Shown one piece after another: positions 36,961-47,692 of a stretch of 64,000 bases of DNA (positions within the stretch are counted from its first letter, which is position 1; the number at the start of each line of letters is the position of its first letter). Origin of the DNA: Lama guanicoe (taxonomy: Eukaryota); assembly GCA_013239625.1 (NCBI GenBank), contig MU053933.1:2565026-2629025 (forward strand). The letters run 5' to 3'. The notes below the pieces were generated by a model. The model ran no database searches and had not been told where the DNA came from. It saw only the letters and a program-made list of their open reading frames with translations. The translations under genes and the position numbers were made by a program.

Positions 36961-39900
36961 CAGCCTTGGGGTACGAGAGGGCTCAGCGCCCGGGGCTCTC
37001 ACCCCGAGGACCTGCCGCTGTGACGGGGACAGCAGGGAGGTCCCCGGGGACCCGGGGTCTGCGCTCCAGCCTCAGCCTTCTGGGCGCCCCGGACCCACTG
37101 CTTCCTCCTGCAGACGAGCCAGCGCTCTGCTCCGAGAAACCAATGCAGACTTTGTGTGTCGATTCATAAAGAAAGCACAGCATTGCGTTTCTAGGTTTTG
37201 TAGGCATGTTAGTGTGTTGAGGTCGTCCTGCCAGCGGGAGGAAATGACATGACCGCGTTGTCTCCGTCCCGGCCTCCGGACCCCCGGGGGCCTCCGCCCT
37301 CTGCCTGGTTGGGAAGGGGCAGGGAAGAGGCCGAGGCTGCGCCCTGGATCTGTCCCCACTTGTACACATGCGTGTGCGCAGGCCTGTGCGTGTGCCCTTT
37401 TGTTTCTCGGAAGATCAGTACGTTCAGGGTTTTGCCGGAGGTCTCGTCCCCCCGTGAGCGGGCCAGTGCTGGTTTGCGCTCAGGAGTTGGCGAGCAAAGA
37501 CCTGGTCTTGGTGACACGCCTGTACCTGCTGTCGCGGCATATGAAGGCGTGACTGAGTATCGAGGGTCTGCCTTAAAAATCAGGAGGCTACGCTAAAGGA
37601 TCGGAACTCATTTGGGAGAGGACTTTTAATTAAGAGTATTTTCTGTGGGAACTAACTTCTGAAGTGGTGAAAGGGCTTTGCTCTAGAGTTGAATTAACGT
37701 GAAGTCATTGAGTCTCCCTGTTACAGAGCAAGCCCCTCGTGGGGCGTGGAGGCCGAGCCGGGGCTGGAGGGCCCCGCTGACATCACCGCGGCCCCTGGCG
37801 CACGCGAGGCCCGCTTCCAGGTGAGCGTGGAACCCGTGAAGGCGCGCTGGCGCGGGCTGTTGGACACCCTTCCATCTGGTGTAAGCCGTTAGGTGAGCCT
37901 CTCGCTGGCCTAGCGACTGCCGGCGGAGGCGCCTTGTTACCGTGAGCCGCTCGGCTCGTGGTCTCCGTGGCCTGGGCCCCGCCCGTCCCTGCGGTCCCCC
38001 CCACCCTTGGCTGCTGCCCGGGGTCGGGGGTGGGGTTGCCGCTCGGGGTGGCGCCGCAGGCCGGGCACTGTGCTCCACTTGCTGTGAAGCCTTTACCGTT
38101 AATTATTTCCTGAGATGATTCAAAGGAAGTTTCTTGAGTCTCTTCCTTGGTGACCATTTCCTGACTGAGCGTCTGCTTTTGGGAGAAGTCGAGACGAACG
38201 TCCCAGTCCCGGTGGTTGGTGTGATGCAGGGTCAGTGTACGGCCCGAGAGTGACTAACTCAGAGACCCGAGCTCTGGGCGCCTGGGGAGGTTACCTCGTG
38301 GGGAAGCGTGTGAGGAAGTGGCTGCCGGGGCTGCTGCGTGCGGAGGGCGCGGGGGTGTCCCTGTCCACTCCCCGCATGGGGCTGATGTGAGCCTGGCCTC
38401 CCCGGCCCCTCCGGTGCCGCGCCACCATGCCTCCTAGGCTCTGAGTTGTGCCCGGAAAGCCCCCTCCTGTCAGTCATTTCTGTGTCTGTAAACATCAGGG
38501 ATGTCAGGGACCTACCTGGTCCCCGGGAGACCTTTAGAAGAGGTTTTGCTTGATCTTCAACGGATGCATCTTTCTTTTCGTTTTTGCACGCAGGCAGCAG
38601 GTGTGCGGGAAGGGCGGGGAATCGTCCAATGTTGCAACGTCCAGAATCAGGTCTCCTGCTGACTCTGCTGATAGGTGTTAGCTGCAGAATAGAAATTTTG
38701 TGTTGATTTCATGAAATGAGAGCGATTGTGGCATCCAGAGTCTGACGCATCAGTCTTTTTCTCAGGGCGATTTGAAAAAAGGAAACTTGAAAGTTTGGTG
38801 CTAAAAAAGCCTTTCCTGGTGGAAGCACTCGTGGCAGTCGTTTGCCCCCCGGCCCGCAGGCCCGCAGGCCGCAGGTGCGCTGCAGGGCGGCCCTGTCCTC
38901 CCGCACGGCTGCGGCCTTTGCCTCGCTCGCCGCTTGCAGAGGTGGAAACTCTTTGCTGAGTCTTCCGCGGGAGTGCGTCTTCTGAGACCGGGCATCTCGG
39001 GCTGTGCAGTGGGGTTCCTGCAGCGCCTCCTCAGCTGCTCAGATTTTGAGAGGGACCCAGGGGAGCTCCGCCCGCTGCTCAGGCTCTGAGGCTTTTCCTT
39101 AGCAACTCTCGTTGTCGCCCCCCCACCTTCTCTTTATACAAATGTTTGTTAATCCCCTTTTATTCTGAAGCGAAATCGTGGCAGAGACCACCTCATGTAA
39201 CTGTAACCGTATCGGTAGGCGATAAAGAGAACGTAAGACTGAGGAGGAAGCAGTTCCCTTGTTGACACGTGGACACTCGGGTCGGTACTGTCAGTGGGCC
39301 CTGTGGTGCAGTGGACACGGGGCGCTGAGCGGGTGGCACGAACCACATGTGTAGACTGGGTGGGACGTGTTCTGCTCCTGGGTTCGTCCCCAGGGAAGCA
39401 GGGCCCAGCCCTCTCCCTCAACATGGTCGTCACATTTCTGAGTGGTGGGTGTGGGGAAGGTTGTGATCATACATGAGACAGGGGGTGTGGGCTTCTGTGA
39501 GTGACTGTGAACCTCTTTGTCACTGAGTCCTTCAGCAAGACAGATCTTTGTGGGACGGTCCTGCCTGTCCCGTGCCCTGCCCTCTCCCCACAGAGTGCTG
39601 GAGAGCCCTAGCCCTGCAGTGACCAGACCATTTACTTCCCAGACCATCTACTTCCCTGTGTGGCCACCCCGGCTGCCCCCTGCGGCCACTGCCTGGGCTC
39701 GTCCGGGACGGGCTCTCTGGAAGCCTGAGGCTTGGCTGACGGATGCAGTGGCAGGGCAGGGCTGTCGGGGATGGGGTGGTGTGAGGTCCACACGGGGGCC
39801 TGCTGGGTGTCCCATGCTATCCTCCAGCTGAAGGCACCACTCGGGGCCCCGCAGGTGGAGGGCTCCCGGGTGCGCGGACGGCTGCGAGGGCAGGGGCGTC

Positions 39901-42473
39901 ACTGCAGGGGCACCAATGGCCTGCGCGGTGGGGCGGCCCTGTGATCGCTGGCCAAAGCGAGCTCTGGGCACAGATGACGCTTCAGCTTATGTGCATCCCT
40001 GAGGGTCGTTAAAACTAAGGCTGAGAAGTGATTCTCAGTGTGTTTTTCTGGCACGAGTCGTTGCCCCAAGGAGGTGTCCCTGTGTTACCTGGCCTGGCTC
40101 CTCGGCGTCCCCTCCCACTTGCTCCCCAGCCAGGCTGCCAGGTGGGCAGTGCCATGACGACCCACTAGGGGGGACTGACCCCAGGCTGTGGTCTGGCCCT
40201 GGCCTCCTTCTCTGCGCCCCTTGTGGGGGACAGCTGAGGATTCTGACCTTCTGGAATGTTCTCCGTAAACGGGGGTACCTCTCCTTCAACAGTCAGGCCC
40301 GAACAGCCTTCCTCAGCCCCTAGGCCTAGACTGAGACAGCAGGGAACTCCCCAGGTGAGGCTACAGACGCCTGGTTGGGGGAGGGTGGCATGGAGCTGGT
40401 GAGCAGGGTATGCGGCCACGTGGGCCCCTGAGCTTGGGGGTCATCCCATAGGAATTCTGCTTCTTAGATCTTGCAGCAACTTTCAGGAAAGGTCTGGGTG
40501 GCATTCTGGACCCACTCTTTCATTCAGGCAACAGACATGTGCTGAGCACTGTGGGGCCTCGGGGACCAGGGTGGGACTGGACAGACGGCGCTGGTGCATC
40601 GCAGAGGACCCGGGGGGGGTCCCCCTACAGCAGCCCCTGGGCCTCACTCGCCTCCCCTCCACACCCCTGCCGGGGGCGCTGGCCACGGGGGCCCAGGAAA
40701 CCAGCAGAAGTGGAACCACAGGAAGCTGGTGATTTCGGATTGTCTGCTGTTCAAAAAATTGAAAAATTATTGGAGTAAAACTTGGTTTAACAGCATCAAA
40801 TTTGAAAAGTTTCTAAAAAGTGGTTGTATTCCCAGTTCTCATGTGTTGTGGCTTTAAGTGTCCGAAGGGACAAAATGGTGCACAGTTAACCTCAAAAGTA
40901 TGACCTGAGTAAATAAAGAATTCCATTGCCTGTGCGATACTGGGTGCAAGATTGTGTCCGCTGTTCTTAGAAGTCGGCTGGGAACTTGCTTCCAGCTGCT
41001 CTGTGTTCCGGTCGTGACTAAGTACAAGGCAAGAGGGCAGCCGCTGAGAGGCTGGCAGGTGGTTCCTCTGTAGACGCAGGACAAGCCAGTGCCCGCCCCG
41101 TTCCCCGTGAGCAGTGTCCCCCGGAGGGACTGGCGGGGTCGGACAGCAGCGCCCTCTTGTGGGGAGACTGCTTGTGTCCTGCGGAACAGTGCAGAGCACT
41201 GAGTGCTGAGTTTCCCGGAGACCCCTGCCCCTCACTGCAGATGGACAAGTCTGGAACACTGATGACCTCTGACCGCCTTTTAACCCACCCTTGCCTGTGC
41301 CCAGGGTGCTGTGGACGGGTGCTGGCTGTTGGGTGCCTTCCTGATTTTATGGCCCACGATGGCCTTTTGGACGTGGATGGGGCATTTGATGGGCCTCTCC
41401 GTCACTCCCTGGCACATGTGGGTAATGGCTGGCAGCTGCGATGGGGAGAGCTCTGTGGGTCCCTCTCTGGAAGAACAAAGCCCAGCGCTGCTTGGAGGAA
41501 GGGGCCCGTCTCTTGGCTTACGGGGGGCTTCAGCCCCTGCAGCACTGCCCAGGCAGGCCTTGGGGAAGGGACGTGGCCTCGCCGTGGGCACAGTCTCATG
41601 GGTGGGGGAGGGGATGTAAGCAACTGACCACACCGGTGTCTGCTGTTTCTGTGGTGGACGTGGGGACGTGGGGGCAAAAAAAAATGACCCCAGCAGCCTG
41701 GTGGGCCCAAGAGGGGCTGCGACCGCAGGAGGGGTGTGGGGGTGGGCCCGAGGCGGGCTGAGGGGTGGGCATGGGGGTGGGAGAGAGAAGACCAGACCTG
41801 TTTGGTTTTCATGTGTTTATTTTTTTCCCCGTTTTCATCAGTGATGCCTTCAAGTCAGACGAATCACATACTTTAGAAGGGCTTGGGGACAAGCAGTGGT
41901 CCACGGCCCCCACCCTCCTCGGAGGCAGCATTGATTGTTTTTAAAGAGTCACAGGTATTTGTGCTTCTGCCTTGGCCAGTGTGAGGACTGGCTGCAGGTG
42001 ACAGAGACACAGCATGGGGGGCTTCGCCCGGAGGAAGGGCCCGCCTGCCCCGGCAGCGTCTGCCCGGCAAACAGGGCCTGACTGGCATTCAGCGGTCAAG
42101 GCCCAGGCCCTGTCCTGGTGTTGGGCCTGCCGTGGGTGAACTTGCCTGCTGCTGGGCGGGTGCCCGGCGTGTGCATGGAGGGCGCCTGTGTGCTGGCTCT
42201 TGAGAAGTTTCCCAGAAGCTGCCACGTGACGCCTCTGTTTCCGTCCCAGTGTCACGTGACCAGGACTGGCGGCGGGGGCCGGGGAGGCATTCTCCGTGGC
42301 TGGCCGCGCGGTGCTCTGCTGTTTGGCAGCGGTGGCAGTCACTTCTGTGCTTCCTGTTTCTACATAGCAGACTTGCAGTTTTCTGATTTATACATTTTAG
42401 ATGTTACCTGTTGGCCTTCCGTTTAGATACAGGAGGATTTAACTCACCCTTCTGCCTTCCCTTCTTTTCCTGT

Positions 42474-43020
42474 GTCATTTAGGGGTGCTTTTGGCTGAAA
42501 GTAATAGAAAACATGCCCTGTAGTACCTTAAACAACTGAGGATTTATTGATGTATTTATTTCATAATAAGTAATGCAAAGGCAGGTTTCTGCTAGAGTTG
42601 GTTCAGAGCACAACCACATCAGGAGTCCAGTTCTGTGTCTCTGCAGTTCTCACCGTTCCTTCATGCTTGCAGTGAGGCTGCTGCAGCTCCAGCCATCACA
42701 TCTGTGTTCAAGGCAGTGCTAACCAGAAAGGAAGGGGCAAGCAGTGCAGCCCACTTCTATTGTTTTCATCGGGGGCATTCCAGAAGCCTCCAGCTGGGGG
42801 AGGGTATAGCTTAGTGGTAGAGTGAATTCTTAGCATGCCTGAGGTCCTGGGTTCAATCCCCAGTACCTGCATTATGAACAAATAAGCAAACAAACAAACA
42901 ACTTCATTACCCTCCCCAAAAAACCCCAAAAAACAAAACAAAACAAAACAATCAAAACAGAAGCCTCCAGCATGCTTTCGTGTGAACCTCACTGGCCAGC
43001 TGCAGCCACGAGGAAGACTG
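42474..43020. mobile_element. MLT1-type (MaLR) LTR, split by a SINE insertion
   Basis: 'ttaggggtgcttttggctgaaagtaatagaaaac...cttaaacaactgaggatttattg' and 'gctgctgcagctccagccatcacatctgtgttcaaggcag' are MLT1K/L-like motifs. The right boundary is uncertain. Confidence 0.6.
42796..42957 (+). mobile_element. Camelid tRNA-derived SINE (Vic-1-like), full length with TSD
   Basis: A-box 'tagcttagtggt', B-box 'ggttcaatccc' and a (CAAA/CAAAA)n tail, flanked by the perfect 14-bp direct repeat 'cagaagcctccagc' at 42781-42794 and 42958-42971. Confidence 0.9.
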
Positions 43021-43857
43021 AGGAAACGAGTAAGTGCAGCAGCGTCCCTGGACAGGGGCAGGGGCGGGCGTGGGGAGCGGCAGGCGGCTGGCCGCCTGCA
43101 TCGGCAGCTGTGTGTCACCAGTTGCTTAGACCCTGGCCCGTTTCCCAGCTCCTCGCCGCGTCGGGTGCACGCTGGCGCCTTCCCTACCCTGCCGTCGCCC
43201 CTTCCTCACTCTTTCTTCCGGCAGGTTTGGTTTTCTGTTTGTTTTTTACATGTAGGAAAACTTATTTCTATCTTATGACCATGGTTTAATCAGTTTCAAA
43301 TCCATCCATGGCGTTCATATTACCACGGTTAGCGGGTGGTGCTCATGCCCGAGCCTGGTAAGGTGCACACGGGGCTCCTGCTCCAGTCTGCACGCCATCA
43401 CGTTTGTGCGTGAAAAGGGAGACGGCAGAATGCTTCCTCTTTGAACACATCCCACTAGTTGCCGAAAGTCGTGCCGCGTTTTAATGTACTTTGTAACAGG
43501 GTCACACTTTGTTTGTATAGTTCATCTTCTTCTTGCATTGTTGCGTGGCCTGGGGTGGTAGAGCAGAGGGTGAGGGGCGGCTGCGGCCGCGGACGGGGCT
43601 CAGACCCGCCTTCCCCCGGGCAGCTGTGTCTCCGGGCAGTCTGCTCACCGTCCCTGCGTAGTCCCCTCAGGCGTCAGCCCCTGTCCCTGAGTGCGGGCCA
43701 GAAAAGCCTCTCTGTCCTGTCACGTGTTCTCAGTCTTCCCGGCTTATTCACTGGTTTTTGAAATCCAGTCATTCATTCCTCTTGAAATCTGCGTATTTCC
43801 TATTCTATTTCAAATGGAGGCTATGACTTTCTCATACACTTTGGTTTTTCTCCTGGG

Positions 43858-44070
43858 ATTTTTTTTTTAAACTGAGTGTATTGAAGTGTAATTTACATGC
43901 ATTGAAAATCACCGTTTTCAAGTGCTCAGTTTGATGTGTTCTGACAGTGTGTATGGTCGGCACGCCGCCGCCATCACCACCTCCCGCGTCCCAAAGGCTC
44001 CCTCTCGCCCACTCAGGTGTCCTGACCCATCTTGGTCACACACTGGCCTTCTCTGCTGCTGGCACTGTCA
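43858..44070 (-). mobile_element. L1MB/ME 3' end with residual poly(T)
   Basis: 'ttttttttaaactgagtgtattgaagtgtaatttacatgcattgaaaatcaccgttttcaagtgctcagtttgatgtgttctgaca' is the canonical antisense L1M terminus. Confidence 0.75.
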
Positions 44071-44743
44071 CCCCAGACGAGGGATGAGGGCTGGCCGGAG
44101 CCGCGAGGGGACGACTGCGGACGGTAGGTGGTGCTGTGGGGCCGCCCTGGGCCCGTGTGAAGGCGGCTCCTGGGGAGAAGCCTCTTCGCATCTGCAGTTC
44201 AGTGCACGCGCGTCCCCCCGCCAGCCCAGGTGCAGGTCCCCTCACTGACTTCACTTTAAAGGGCTCACGAGGTAATTGTGGGAATACTTAGAGCTGGTTT
44301 AGTTCAGTGAGTGACCTGACTTGTAAACTAAATTTTATCAGATAATTTAAAATTCAACTATAATGAACTGAGCCCGTGGAAGGGCTGCCGGGCTGTGGGA
44401 TTGGAGGTCACAGGCTCGCGCACCTGCCCCAGGCTTCAGTCACTGCTTCGCTGACGTGCGACGTCGTTTTATGGCTCTGCTGTCTTAGCTTGACGCTTCA
44501 GATAGGTAACAGTTAAAATAAAATGCAAAAAACCCACTCAAACAGCCTGTACCATCAAGTTCTAAATGTGTGGTGACAGATCGCCAATTTTAATAAGACT
44601 AAATTAACCAAAATGTGCGTGTGTGTGTTTGATCTTGAGTGAAGAGTTGCCAACATCAAGGGAAGAAATGGTGTAAATATTTAAGGTTTAAAACTTCTCC
44701 TCCACAAACCCTCACCTTGCATCTGCTCATCCCCCACGGCACA

Positions 44744-44777
44744 GGGACGGGGTCCTGGGGGGACGGGGTCCTGGGGG
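44744..44777. repeat. Short G-rich tandem duplication
   Basis: 'ggacggggtcctgggg' occurs twice back to back. Confidence 0.75.
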
Positions 44778-46404
44778 TCCGGACTGGCCAGAGCTGCCAG
44801 GGTCAGTGATGTGACCTAGGGGCTAAAAGCCTCAGCTCAGGCTCTGCCCACAAGGCCCCAGAATGCTGGACTTCTAGAGTGAAGAAGGCAGACTTCAGCG
44901 AGCAGAGTTCTCTCCTGCCGGGACAGTGCCACCTGTCCTGGGGGCTCAGAGAGGTTACTCCGCCCCCGGGGGCCTCCAGCAGCTTGGGGGTGCAGACCTG
45001 GGGTGGGGTGGCCCCTCCAGCACCTGCAGCCCTGTGTCCGTGGAGGTGGGACGTGAGGCCTGCGGGCCGCCCCGCACCGGGTCTCTGGGTTTGGAGGTGC
45101 CCGCGACACACCGGGATCTATAGCTGCCTCCCCGCCCTCTGCAGCTGAACGACAGCCTGCTGGAAGGCAAGGTGAGGGGCACGCCTCCCCTTCGGACGTG
45201 GAGATCCAGCCTGGCCCAGACTCCCTTCCAGTTCTTCATCCAAGTGGGTTTTCCTTACATCTTACCACCTTCTCCACGAATACAGTGTCTGTTCAGTGGC
45301 AGATTCGGGTCTTTATTCCTGGGACGTGTTCTTCTACCATAGCTTTGGGCGCTTTCCCCCAGATGGTGTCTGGTCCTCAGACCCACGAGTCGTGTGTCTT
45401 TGGGCCCCCACCCTGTGGGTCTGGGCTGCCACGTCTCTAGTCTGTTCTTAAGTTTTTCCTTTTCCATTTAGTCTTGTTTGAGGTTTTTGTCAGATCTGAT
45501 CATTTTTGTCCCTTTTGTACATTCCTCGTACATACATACATTCATGTCATTTCTTTCATCAACCCCCAGCTCAAAACCAAACCAAACCAAACAACCCTGG
45601 GAGCGCTTACAAGCAGAGCAGCTCGGCCAAGGTCTTCCACCCTGGAGTGAGCAGACTTGCTCTGTCTTCCTTCAAGGACCAGCCGCATTTACTTTGTATT
45701 TCAAAAGGTTTGTATTCTGCTTTGTTTCTAATGGCCAGTAAGAAAGCATTTTTTAAAAGGATGCTTCAGAAGTATTCTTTAGGGAGGCGCCCGTTTAAAC
45801 CAGGGCTATCATCGTCTACCTAGTTCCGTCTCACGTTTGTGATCGAGCTTGGTAACAGCATCTGCTTCAAGCTTCCCTTCGTCTGTGACCAGGAGTCGGG
45901 ACCCTCCCCGCGCAGCCCCAGGCCTCTCGGATTGGGCGTGGCCTCTGTGGCCAGCATTATCCGTGGGCCGCCGTCGGTGGCTGCCTCTGGCTTTAAGTGG
46001 CCTTAGGCCATTGGAGCTAATTTTAGGGGCCTTCACTTCCTTCCCCACCCCCTTCTTCTTCTCCTTCTTCTTTCTTTTTTCAAATCTAACACCTGTTGTA
46101 CTGACTTGAACAATGTAGTTTTCATTTTAATCTAAATTCCTTGATAACGTCACCTTGGAAGACAATGGAGAAAGCTTACCCGAGTTCATGATTCTAACTG
46201 AGTGGAGGAATGTTGCAAGCAGACCGAAAGCTATACCTGTCCTAACCTGCTTGAAACCGTTTCAACGTAGAACATCGAAGTGCGTTCCTTTAGAGAAGTG
46301 TGTGTGTGTTTCTTTGACTTATTCCTGGGGGAACCTTACCTCATTAAACCAACAGACCGAGCAGCCATGCTCTCGCTGTAGCGGGTGGGCTGCAGGAACG
46401 CAGA

Positions 46405-46515
46405 GAGCTGGGGGCGAGCTTGGAGGGTCCTGGACCCGGAGCCCAGCTGTGACCTTGGACAGGTCACTTCGCCTCCCCGCTGGCAGGCCTCTGTCATAGA
46501 GCAGCTGAAGCAGAG
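46405..46515 (+). mobile_element. MIR fragment
   Basis: 'cagctgtgaccttggacaggtcacttcgcctc' is the MIR core motif. Confidence 0.5.
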
Positions 46516-46692
46516 GTGGCCCCTCCTGTGTCCTGCCCTGTCCTCACTGGGTCTCCCCATAAGCCTGGGACACTGTCACTGTCACCTGGGAACCGAGAGG
46601 GTAGAACTTGCCCTGACTCCTGAGCTAGAGGAGATAGAGCAGGCCTTCCATCAGGGAGACCTGCCCTGGCCTTCGAGCTGATGACCGGTAAT

Positions 46693-46790
46693 CATGGCCG
46701 CCCTGTACAGTTGTGCAGGTTGTACACTGCACAACTCCACTCAACACTTGAATGGCATCCCTAATGGTTGTAACACAAACGGTGGCTGTG
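46693..46790. mobile_element. MER91-like hAT-Tip100 MITE
   Basis: 'catggccgccctgtacagttgtgcaggttgtacactgcacaactcca...tgaatggcatccct' matches the MER91 terminal motif. Confidence 0.7.
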
Positions 46791-46989
46791 TCCAGGCCAC
46801 CCCTCGTGCAGTCCTTTCAGTCTCCTTTACTCAGATTTGGTGACATGTAAGTGAGCTAATGCACATGTAGTGACTGCAGGTGGTGGTCAGTTAATGACCT
46901 TGTCCTGCGCTGTGCCTCAGGGGCTGCTCCCTCTTCTATCCTCCCAGCGTGGTGCTTTCCGGCTCAGTTGTGGCCCTCATCTGGGCCTG

Positions 46990-47692
46990 TCTCCACCCAT
47001 TACTTGGGATTCTCCCCCACGCTGGGCGGATGAGTCCTGCAGCTGGACCTCCAGCTCAGACCTGGGTCTGCCCGCGTCTTCTCTGGGGAGGGATCCCCCC
47101 ATCTCCAACTTGAGATGGCAGATAAAAATCCCAACAGCCCGCCCTGCCCCTAGTCCTCCGACCGTGGCGGCCCCATCTTCCCAGCTCTCGGGCCAAAAGC
47201 TGGGGCCGCCCTCTCTTCCCACCACACACCCAGCCCTCGGGACTGCCTGCCAGCCGAGCCACAGGACACGCCCAGAGTCTGCGGCCGTCAGAGCCAGCAG
47301 ACCTGCTTGCTCAGGTCCCCTGACCTGTCTCCCTGGGGCAGCCCCTCCCACGCCCGCTCCTGCCCCCAGGCCGGGACTTCTGGCCACGGCACCCACCAGT
47401 GACCCGCCAGGACCCCCAGCCACTTCCCCGCGGCCTCCTCGGAGCCTCAGTCTCTGGCTCTTTAGGGGCTTGGTCTTCTCAGGACGGCAGGCGCCCGCCG
47501 CCCTCCCACCTGCTCATCCTCCACTGACGCAGGGGTCCTTTAGCTGCTGGTGACGCTCCTGTGGGTTGGAGTCCTCGTCCTGCTGGGACACGAGGCCCTG
47601 CAAGCATGCTGGTGTCCTCCGTTCACCGCCAGAGCCCAGGCCCTGAGGACAGTCCTGGCAGTGGGGGAGCTCACTGTCTAGCAGCCGAGTGA
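46990..47692 (+). mobile_element. L2 fragment running to its 3' end, GC-shifted
   Basis: 'catctccaacttgagatggc', 'ccatcttcccagctctcgggccaaaagctgggg' and the terminal 'gttcaccgccagagcccaggccctgaggacagtcctggca'. Confidence 0.55.

Noticed and set aside
42796-42870. Possible tRNA gene (A and B boxes present)
   Set aside because: It has an A-rich tail and a TSD, so it is a tRNA-derived SINE rather than a tRNA.
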